Virus record (IMG/VR): IMGVR_UViG_2687453454_000003
Coordinates: 1 to 64,000 of that record
DNA length: 64,000 nucleotides
Reading direction: 5' to 3' (one strand)
Origin: a virus
Lineage: Duplodnaviria; Heunggongvirae; Uroviricota; Caudoviricetes
Part shown: positions 1 to 7,964 of the stretch, one piece after another
Position numbering within the stretch: position 1 is the first letter of the stretch
Layout: every line of letters starts with the position of its first letter
Notes under the pieces: generated by a model
What the model saw: only the letters and a program-made list of their open reading frames with translations
The model's database searches: none
What the model was told of the DNA's origin: nothing
Position numbers and translations under genes: made by a program

Positions 1-282
1 CTACCTTTGCCTCTTGCCGCCATTTAACCGGAAGGCGTTACCGTTCGGTTGCGCTATCCCCATGCGGTGTTGCGTTTCGGTAACAGCTTTATGCAGGTCG
101 CCAAATTCCTCAACCTTCACGGGCGGGCGCTTCACGTTCTCCAGACACGTTTCACGGCGGCGCTTTATCCATTCCCGATCATCGTCCTCGGTGCATAACA
201 GCATGACTTCCATCCATCGTGCGGCAGCTCTCCGGTATAGCCCTTTTGACTCCAGCTCTTCAGCTTTCCTGTCCCTTATCAT
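1..282 (-). CDS. small phage regulatory-type protein, C-terminal end cut by window edge
   Basis: ORF track; motif EELESKGLYRRAA.W near its N-terminus is almost identical to a motif in ORF 56321..56815; adjacent to iteron cluster and AlpA gene. Confidence 0.35.
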   Translation of the reverse strand: MIRDRKAEELESKGLYRRAAARWMEVMLLCTEDDDREWIKRRRETCLENVKRPPVKVEEFGDLHKAVTETQHRMGIAQPNGNAFRLNGGKRQR

Positions 283-317
283 TTCTGCCTCTCAGATTAT
301 ATAGATAAGCAAAAAGG

Positions 318-440
318 TGTTGGTTCAGTTGGTTCAGTTGGTTCAATTTGTAAAGAGTATTGTTTTTAAAAGAATTATTCGCAAAAAGTGAACCAACTCA
401 CCCCATTTTTGAACCAACAAAAAGAGGCCGTGAACCAACA
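318..440. repeat. iteron cluster A: 3 tandem TTGGTTCAG (320-346) plus 3 spaced GAACCAAC (about 389-439)
   Basis: Direct reading of sequence; inverted copy of cluster at 7826..7942. Confidence 0.6.
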
Positions 441-513
441 CGCCGTTTAAAAACCGCTAATTATGAGGGACATCCACCAGCACAGGGCTTGTCTAGTGCT
501 GGTTAGGTGCTGC

Positions 514-732
514 TCACCGCGCACGGAGCGGCGCTGGTTTGCTCCAGCGATATGCGGGGCTGGTCATCATTTCGCGGTACCGCCTGGCTATTACAGGGCC
601 CTCTGCCAGCTGGCGCCTTAATTCCCGCAGTTCTGCCGGGCTGAGCTGGTGGCCGCCATGCTCCAGCTTGGCAATGGTCAGCAGCTCGATTTCTCGTGGT
701 GTCATGGATTCCCCTCTGATGGTGATCGGCAT
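514..732 (-). CDS. hypothetical protein (72 aa)
   Basis: ORF track only; no recognisable motif. Confidence 0.3.
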   Translation of the reverse strand: MPITIRGESMTPREIELLTIAKLEHGGHQLSPAELRELRRQLAEGPVIARRYREMMTSPAYRWSKPAPLRAR

Positions 733-956
733 TATATTGCTAGCCAGGGTGATTCTTCACTGGCCAGAGCCGTTGTGCGTGAAGTCTATGCGTGAACTCC
801 ATATGCTATGTGTTAAGTTACAGCTCAAAATGTCCTGTTCCGGTGGTAACTTTTTGGTAAACAGCGTTTTGGTGGATACCAACATGGATACCTCGCTTTT
901 GGATACCACCCAAAGCCAGATTGTCACTATGCTTAATCTAAAGCAGAGGAGCCTCT

Positions 957-1142
957 ATGCGCCTTATCAAATTAAGCGAAGTCATGCTCAGAACGGGCTT
1001 CAAGAAAACGGCAATCTACTCATGGGTTAAGACGGGCACGTTTCCACAGCCAGTTAAAATTGGTAGATCAGCTAGATGGTCGCTTGAGGAGGTTGAAGCT
1101 TGGATCCAGAACAAACTTGATTCGCGGGCTGGCAACCAATGA
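957..1142 (+). CDS. alpA: AlpA-family phage transcriptional regulator / excisionase-like DNA-binding protein
   Basis: 61 aa; LSEV..RTG.....Y..V..G.FP.PVKIG.R...W...EV..WI pattern typical of AlpA/Vis HTH proteins; paralog of 15197..15394. Confidence 0.7.
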   Translation: MRLIKLSEVMLRTGFKKTAIYSWVKTGTFPQPVKIGRSARWSLEEVEAWIQNKLDSRAGNQ

Positions 1143-1775
1143 TTAGCTTTAATATCGAGTGGTGGATAGTCCATGGACAAGCTGATGGGCGCACTCGACG
1201 AAAACGATGCGCCAGGCGGACTGTGTCGCTCATAAACCGGGAGTTGGCCAGAGGACTTAGTTGTCCTTTGCAATTCTGCAGGTTCGCACGTGAAAGTAGC
1301 CAAAACCCTGCGAACCTGAGTGCAAACCTGCAACTGCGAACCACTGAGGTGGCCTCTCATAGCTGGTGGTCATACTGGATATTAATCAGGCCTGCCACAA
1401 CCATAACAATCCATAACAGACGCATCGCACCAACAATTACTAATAGGTCCGCTCGCAACACTAATTTTGACTAAGCCTGAACGCAATGCTCAGAAAGAAC
1501 GAAGAATGGAATGAATCGTACCATCATGTTGCTCCATGATTTTTACGTTCAAGACAGTTGCTTAATCTCGCCTCGCAATTCAGCCCCCTTGCCGTTATCG
1601 AGAAGTCTTTCTCCTTACGGTTAATGCTATCGGTCTTCATATTACCAGCAGCATACGCCATCCGATTATTTCGATGCTACGCGCGCGTACTTGTCGCAAA
1701 ATACCAGGCAAAGGCCAGATTCAGAACGTCGTGATAACCACCAGTACAACATGAGAGGTCATGTAACGCGATTTA

Positions 1776-2156
1776 TCACACCAGATACATGTGATTGGTG
1801 TACCCGCATAAAACATCGTCATAGCGCGTCCTGTGCGCATATACGCCGATAATCAACACATCACCACCACTCTGTCTCATGTAGAGAACAGTTTTATGGT
1901 ATCCCCCCGCCATCGTGTGCATACTGGTCGGACGTAGTTGCAAAATTTTTTGCAACTGATACCCCTCGCGCGCGTACTTGTCTCGAAATTGGTGTTTTGC
2001 TGTGGCAGTGATATCAGAAAAATCTTCCTGTTTCACATAAAGCGGATATGCGCGTACTGTAACGGCCCCATCAACGGGGATCGGATTTGAAATCCCGACC
2101 CAAGCTATGTACCAAATGCCATGTCTTGGATATATGATGATTGCCATTCTAAACAA
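1776..2156 (-). CDS. hypothetical protein
   Basis: ORF track only; overlaps the start of the opposing membrane-protein ORF. Confidence 0.25.
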   Translation of the reverse strand: MFRMAIIIYPRHGIWYIAWVGISNPIPVDGAVTVRAYPLYVKQEDFSDITATAKHQFRDKYAREGYQLQKILQLRPTSMHTMAGGYHKTVLYMRQSGGDVLIIGVYAHRTRYDDVLCGYTNHMYLV

Positions 2157-2175
2157 AGCTAAAGGGAGGGTTGGT

Positions 2176-2526
2176 GTGAATGCTCAGGCTGTCATCATGG
2201 TTTTCCTTGGTCTGATTGTCGCAAAACTATATCCAGACTGGTGGAAAGGGGCATTAGCAACTGTCGCCATCTATTTGCTTTTATCCGTCGTTAAGCGATC
2301 GTTCGTTAAGACCGTAAATCAAGCAAAACGTTTCTCATTTAAGAATTTAATAAACTATATTACTGGGCTTATTTTTTGCCTTTCAATTTTGATCGCCTCA
2401 GCTTTTTTGCCCGTATCAATAGCTAATTTTTTTGGCGCACCATATGAGGTAGGTTATCTATTCTCTGTTTTTTGTCTTGTTCTTTCCCTTCTTTACCTAT
2501 GGATGAGAGCAAAGAACAAAAATTAG
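2176..2526 (+). CDS. small multi-pass membrane protein
   Basis: GTG start at 2176 preceded by AAGGGAGGG Shine-Dalgarno; hydrophobic stretches consistent with 3-4 TM helices; lies directly after the gp16-like gene. Confidence 0.4.
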   Translation: MNAQAVIMVFLGLIVAKLYPDWWKGALATVAIYLLLSVVKRSFVKTVNQAKRFSFKNLINYITGLIFCLSILIASAFLPVSIANFFGAPYEVGYLFSVFCLVLSLLYLWMRAKNKN

Positions 2527-2544
2527 CCATCCATGGCTAACCAG

Positions 2545-4649
2545 TTATTGAGCTTCTTTTTGTGATGCCTGTGCGACTCTGGTGAGCGATTGTGTGACCG
2601 TACTGATCGCTCTGTCATATGCTGTGCTACCTTTTGGCGTATTTGCCAGACGTAACAAGGCATTTCGTATAACAGGGCTTTCGTATGCCTTCGCTGCTCC
2701 GCCTACGGCACCAGCAGCAGGAACAACAAACGCAGCCGTTTTTAGCATCCCCGCTAATACTGCTGCGTTTATGATGCCACCACCAACTAACAATCCATAA
2801 AGCTGCTGACCATTTAAGTTTTGAACGTTCGCTTTTGCCGCGTGTCTTGTATCGTTGAGGTATTTAATAACGCCGTCCAGTTCCTTTCCATGTACGCCTT
2901 TAAAGAAAGTTGCTGATTGCTTCCTGTTCCGGTGTAACGCATTAATAAACTTCTCAACACTGATATTTCCAGACGGATCAGTCGCCTTATCTACAGCATT
3001 CTGAACTATGGCTGCTCGTGCGTTTTGCCTACCATTGTCATCCAGAAGCCTGTAAAGCTGAGAACGTTCTGATGGGCTTTGGCTAAAAACGAGTTTTGTT
3101 ACATCCTCAGGCGTGGCCTTGCCGCTGGCTATTGCCTTTTGAACGCGCGTTCTTCCCATCATGTCATTGAATTTAGACCATGAGCGATCAACCCTTGCCA
3201 TATTAATGGCTTCGTCTGCTCCAAGATTTTTGGCTACGGCTTTTTTCATATCCGCCGTATATGCCTTGTAGATAATATCGCTGGCTTTCTGGAGCGTATC
3301 TTTATCAACAGTGTCAGATGACGCCATAAATCGCTTTCGAAGATCGGTTCTGTTTTCCCTCGCCAGACGCAGGTCATTTGGTCCGCTGGTGATATCGTCT
3401 TTAAATTGCTGCAAGACTTTTACCGCGGCTCTATCCTGAGATTTGCCCGGGCGGCTTAACACGGCAATCTGATTGTCGATAGCTTTTACCGTGTTTGAGA
3501 GATCGACAGGGGTATCCCCCATAGCGTCAATTATGCGGTTATATCGCTTTCCTGCTGCCTCAATGAATTTTTGTTGCCCTTTAGTCGCAGATTCATAAAG
3601 CTGTTTATCAGAAATGCCACCCAGACCATCGCTAAATGTTCTGACTAAATTTTCTCGTGCTTGTTGTTGATTCAGCCGATTCTTACCGGTTCCAAAAAAA
3701 GAACTCTTTCGCCTAATGTCTGAGCCTGACTCTGCATAAAGGTTTTATCTTTCAGCATGTCACTGGTCATTAACGGCAGATTTCTTTCCGATGCAAAGTC
3801 GACAGCAGCCTTTGCTTCAGGCGACATATCACCACGAACAGCCCTCGAAACCGCACTCGCTGTATTTTCCAGCCCCTTACCAATACCACCAATGCCAGCA
3901 GAAATTACCGTTTGTAACGGATCAATATCTTCTCCACCAGCAAGGCTGGTGGCTCCCTGTAGTGCTAAATCTGTAGCTGCTGATTTTCCTATGGCACCAA
4001 GCACCGTTCCAGCCCTGCCCACTGGTGTAAACGCCAACGCATTAGCAAGAAACGAAGTCAGGTCTTGCGGTGATAAACCCGGCTTGTTCAGGGCATAATC
4101 ACCTGATGGCAGAGAAACGATAGTATTCCCCTTCTCATCCTGCCTTAATGTCGCCCCCATTCCCTGAAGAATCTTTTCCTGAGACGCGTCAGAGCCGAAA
4201 AGTTGAGACCATCCAGCCTTTAGGGCATCCATGCTTAGTGAGTTCAATTCTGGGGCAGAGGTGACATTTTGCAGTCTCTCCATCTCTGGAGTCATTCGGC
4301 TTTCGCCTGTTATAGCATCGCGCATCGCAGCCCCAAGACTGGCTCCCTGTTCTGCTGAACGCTCAAGCCCCTCTCTTTGCTGAGTAGCTAACTTTGCATA
4401 CCCTGACGCAAGAGAATTATCAGATGATGTATGTTGAATATTTTGAGTTGCTGATTGGGATCGGTCTATTTCATTCGTTGATGGTAGTGGATAGGCAGCA
4501 TAAAAAGCCTGCTTAGCCTGCTCTACACTTTCTCCGGCTTGCGGGGCAACGACTTCATTGAAGTATTGCTCCTGAGCCTGCGCTTTTTGTTCTGGTGCTA
4601 ACGCCTGATACTGTGGAGAGGCGATAACATCTTTCCATGCTTTAGCCAT
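2545..4649 (-). pseudogene. P22 gp16-like ejection protein, reading frame broken at an A7/T7 run (3694-3700)
   Basis: Two 325-aa ORFs (2545..3522, 3672..4649); the downstream frame stays open and protein-like upstream through the run (..RRKSSFFGTGKNRLNQQQ..), so one indel joins them into about 700 aa. Confidence 0.5.
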
Positions 4650-6070
4650 TAATCACCCCATAGTGAAGAAAAGTTACTGCTGGCTGCTGGCTGTGATACC
4701 TGCTCAGATTGCGGCAATGTCTGCGACGAAGAAGAAGTTCCTCTGTCAACTGCTGAAATAACCCGCAAAGCATCATAAGCTCGACCAGAAGCAGCTTTCA
4801 GCGAATTGAACTGGTTTTCCATCTTCCGGCGCTTGGTATCAATGGTTTTTGTGGAGTCGCCAGGCTGAGGGAAATACATTTGATAATATTTTGACATTTC
4901 AGCAGGTGCGATAGCTGCCCCTGTTTCCTGACGGAGTATTGCCATTATTGCGTCATTAGCATTAACAACGTATTGCTGCTCTGTTGGGCTGAGCGTTAAG
5001 TTAGCCAGCGTCCCATTACCCAAAGCATTATTAATGATCGCCACTCGCTGTGGGCTAAGCTGGTCTTTCAGTGTATCTATTGAATCAAGAGCATCCCTAA
5101 CCCTGTATGCAAATCCAGCAGCTTTTTTAGCCCCTTCTGGCGACTTTTCCATGATCTTTTGGGCTGTTGGCAAAGCTATTGGACGAAACCCATCTCCAGA
5201 TATTGGCTGGTTTAGTTTTCCCTGCTCTTCACTTCCGTCTGTGTAGTATTTTGTGACAGTGCCATCATCGTTTTCTCTAACACTCATTAATTTTTTGGCG
5301 TTTGTATTAATTCCAGCCGCTGCCGCAAATGCCGCCGCCCCCTCTGGATCCGCCTTTAACATTTGAGCGTACTGATTGTAATTCTGCATTGCTGCTGTTG
5401 GTGCATATGCTGACGTTAACGCATTTGCTCGGCTAATATCCTGCCCTCTCGCCTGAAGTGCTTCGCCAGCCTGATTGCTGCGGATTGTCTCTGCCAACTT
5501 GCCACGCTCAATATCCCGACCTTCCATTTGATCTTTGATATCGAAATACTTCTCATGACCGAGAGAAAACAGTGCCATACTACCAGCAAGCCGCTGGAAT
5601 CCCTGTGGATCATTAACATGCATTTCGGCAACAGACTCAGGAGAAATTCCCAAGCGACGCATTTCATCTTCGTTATCTGCTATGAATTTTCCAAATGCCC
5701 CAGTTCCGAGCGAAGATGCGATTTGAGCACTAGTCGCAAGATGACCAATAGAATTTCTCTGGTCGTCATCAATAAAGCCCATCCCTTTCTGAACGCTTTC
5801 AAATTCTTCTGGATACTCAGAAATAAGACTGCGCATTTTGTTTCTGTCTCCAGACTCAAAAGCCCCGGCATATGCTTTCTGAAACTCTGCTTTACGCTGT
5901 TGTTGACGTGCCTGCTGATTAATCTCAGCAACGCCTCTTAGCCCCTGTAGCGCCATTAAACCTACGTTTGGGTGCTGCTGATACTGCACAGGCTGAGGAA
6001 CGGAAGAACGAGGAGCATTATCATTTTGCGGTGCCATGCTAGGCAGCCCGCCAAGTTGCCATGTCGCCAT
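4649..6070 (-). CDS. P22 gp20-like ejection protein
   Basis: 473 aa (P22 gp20 is about 471 aa) and position between gp7-like and gp16-like genes; assignment from recollection. Confidence 0.5.
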   Translation of the reverse strand: MATWQLGGLPSMAPQNDNAPRSSVPQPVQYQQHPNVGLMALQGLRGVAEINQQARQQQRKAEFQKAYAGAFESGDRNKMRSLISEYPEEFESVQKGMGFIDDDQRNSIGHLATSAQIASSLGTGAFGKFIADNEDEMRRLGISPESVAEMHVNDPQGFQRLAGSMALFSLGHEKYFDIKDQMEGRDIERGKLAETIRSNQAGEALQARGQDISRANALTSAYAPTAAMQNYNQYAQMLKADPEGAAAFAAAAGINTNAKKLMSVRENDDGTVTKYYTDGSEEQGKLNQPISGDGFRPIALPTAQKIMEKSPEGAKKAAGFAYRVRDALDSIDTLKDQLSPQRVAIINNALGNGTLANLTLSPTEQQYVVNANDAIMAILRQETGAAIAPAEMSKYYQMYFPQPGDSTKTIDTKRRKMENQFNSLKAASGRAYDALRVISAVDRGTSSSSQTLPQSEQVSQPAASSNFSSLWGD

Positions 6071-6747
6071 TAGAATCCAAGCCCCCCAACAAGACCAATA
6101 AGCCCACCACCAATAGCCCCGGCGACATTACCTATACCCGGAACAACGGAACCAAGTTGCGCACCCGCTAAAGCGCCTGATGCCGCCCCACCAATACCAC
6201 GCGCAAGACTGGATGGCTGCTGCGCCTGACCTGCACGAATAGCGCCAAGCCCCTGCAAGAGTTGCCCGGTATTATTGGCGTAGTTTTGCCCTGCTGTTGC
6301 CTGCCCTGATGCCGCATTCATCCCGACATTTAGCAGGTTTCCATAATTTTGCATTTGCCCACTGAGCCAATTGTTATAAAGCATGGGCGCAATGGAAGAT
6401 AACTGGTTACTGGTAGCTGTTGAGCCAAGCCCCCCGGTAGCTTCTGCTGAGACAAGGTTCTGATAACGGGCCTGATCTGCCTGTGTTTTATATAAACCAG
6501 AACCAAAGAAATCATTCGCGGCTTTATTCTGCCCTTCCAGAGTCATCAGTCCTTGCAGTTGTTGTAAAGCAGGCAATCCGACTTCTGCATACGGCTTGAG
6601 ATTATTCATCACCGTATTCCACTGCTCGCGCTGCAAATCAATTGCCTGCTGCTGGGCCTTCGCCTGAGCTTTAGAGGCACCACCATCACCGCCTTTTTCG
6701 TATACGGCACGATTGAGATGTTTATGAGCTATATGGGTAATTAACAT
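6070..6747 (-). CDS. P22 gp7-like ejection protein
   Basis: 225 aa (P22 gp7 is about 229 aa); Gln/Ala/Gly-rich with glycine-rich hydrophobic C-terminus; gene order 14-7-20-16 as in P22. Confidence 0.5.
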   Translation of the reverse strand: MLITHIAHKHLNRAVYEKGGDGGASKAQAKAQQQAIDLQREQWNTVMNNLKPYAEVGLPALQQLQGLMTLEGQNKAANDFFGSGLYKTQADQARYQNLVSAEATGGLGSTATSNQLSSIAPMLYNNWLSGQMQNYGNLLNVGMNAASGQATAGQNYANNTGQLLQGLGAIRAGQAQQPSSLARGIGGAASGALAGAQLGSVVPGIGNVAGAIGGGLIGLVGGLGF

Positions 6748-7202
6748 TCGCTGAATTCCTTATATTGTTGCCGAGTTAACTGATAAAGCGTTACGCCGAC
6801 GGGTTTACCACATCTGATATAAGCATCATCAAGGTGACCAACACGGGTAGCGCCAAGCAAACGGATAATTGCCCGTCCATATTTCGTGGTGTCAGGAACC
6901 ATAGTGATGCTGTTAAGGAATGGTGAGTTTTCGAGAAGCCATTTGCAGAATAATCGATGCCCTTGCAGTGCATATTCACCACGGAATCCGGGGTCGTACA
7001 CCGCATGGCATTCAACAACGCTATGCCAGAAGTTACGCACTTCATGAACGCCAGCCAGCACTAATCCTTCGTAGATGCCGAGATATACCGCATCAGGCTT
7101 GATGTAGTACGTGTGCCCCGGCTCAACAATATTTTCGGTATTGCCTGGCTCGTTAAGAAAGGCCTGTAATCGCACAGGGTTATCAATAAATTTTAGTTCC
7201 AT
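6741..7202 (-). CDS. P22 gp14-like protein
   Basis: 153 aa ORF heading the ejection cassette; assignment by position. Confidence 0.4.
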   Translation of the reverse strand: MELKFIDNPVRLQAFLNEPGNTENIVEPGHTYYIKPDAVYLGIYEGLVLAGVHEVRNFWHSVVECHAVYDPGFRGEYALQGHRLFCKWLLENSPFLNSITMVPDTTKYGRAIIRLLGATRVGHLDDAYIRCGKPVGVTLYQLTRQQYKEFSEC

Positions 7203-7218
7203 GCGATGCCATCCATTT

Positions 7219-7380
7219 TCACATACAGCCTGCCAGCGCCTTATCTATTAACCCTCGTGCAATTTCATGCAGAGTTGGCGCTACTCCAATTCCTGATTTT
7301 TTACGCTGCTCTTCCTGAATTTTCTTTATCGCTTCCATTTGCTTCTCACTTATCAATACTGGCTTTACTGAAATAGCCAT
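7219..7380 (-). CDS. small protein (53 aa), possible small regulator
   Basis: Translates to MAISVKPVLISEKQMEAIKKIQEEQRKKSGIGVAPTLHEIARGLIDKALAGCM; AAGGGGG Shine-Dalgarno; LexA-box-like site just upstream; below the 60-aa track cutoff. Confidence 0.35.
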   Translation of the reverse strand: MAISVKPVLISEKQMEAIKKIQEEQRKKSGIGVAPTLHEIARGLIDKALAGCM

Positions 7381-7395
7381 AACGCCCCCTTATAA

Positions 7396-7411
7396 CTGTA
7401 TAAAACAACAG
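7396..7411. promoter_or_regulatory. LexA (SOS) box-like palindrome CTGT-ATAAAACA-ACAG
   Basis: Matches CTGT-N8-ACAG with AT-rich spacer, 16 nt upstream of the ATG at 7380. Confidence 0.4.
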
Positions 7412-7825
7412 TTATTATAGTTTCACAAATCGCAATATTCATCATCGTAATTGCAGAATATGAAACAAATAGCACAAAAAAATGCCACCGCTCAGTAGCT
7501 GGTGGCGTCGTTCTGTGTGTCAGGTTTTGACAGGTTTTTTATGGACTCTAAAAACTATATTTATGGTGTCGCATTACTCTTCACGGCAGGCGCTTTTCAG
7601 TTCTGCCCTTGCTTCTGGCTCCATTGGTAATTTGATTCGCGATCAGCTATGCGGATGGTTTGCTGAACAGGCATAACAACTTCTCAGAGGCTGTTTTTTG
7701 AACTACGAAAATTTCGTAGTGCTCACTTTCAAAAACGTCACGCCCTTGTACACAGGATTTTACGAAAGTCTCGTAAAACACTCTCTGATGCCAGCCAGGT
7801 GTTGTGCGCATCAATTCAGTCACAT

Positions 7826-7942
7826 TGTGTTGGTTCAAAATACCGTGTTGTTGGTTCAGTGTTGGTTCAATAAAAAGAATAAAATCCTTATAAAACAATA
7901 CCCTTTACAAATTGAACCAACTGAACCAACTGAACCAACACC
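7826..7942. repeat. iteron cluster B (putative origin): 3 spaced TTGGTTCA (7829-7870) plus 3 tandem GAACCAAC (7914-7940)
   Basis: Direct reading; immediately downstream of the primase gene, as P4 ori is downstream of alpha. Confidence 0.6.
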
Positions 7943-7964
7943 TTTTCTACGCACATGAAGAAGC

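Noticed and set aside
1139-1474. 111-aa plus-strand ORF overlapping the alpA stop
   Set aside because: Trp/Arg-rich translation over a region of inverted TGCGAACC repeats; more likely non-coding.
7482-7958. Small ORFs in the iteron region (7482..7676, 7647..7898, 7698..7958)
   Set aside because: Overlap the iteron cluster and each other; region more likely a replication origin.
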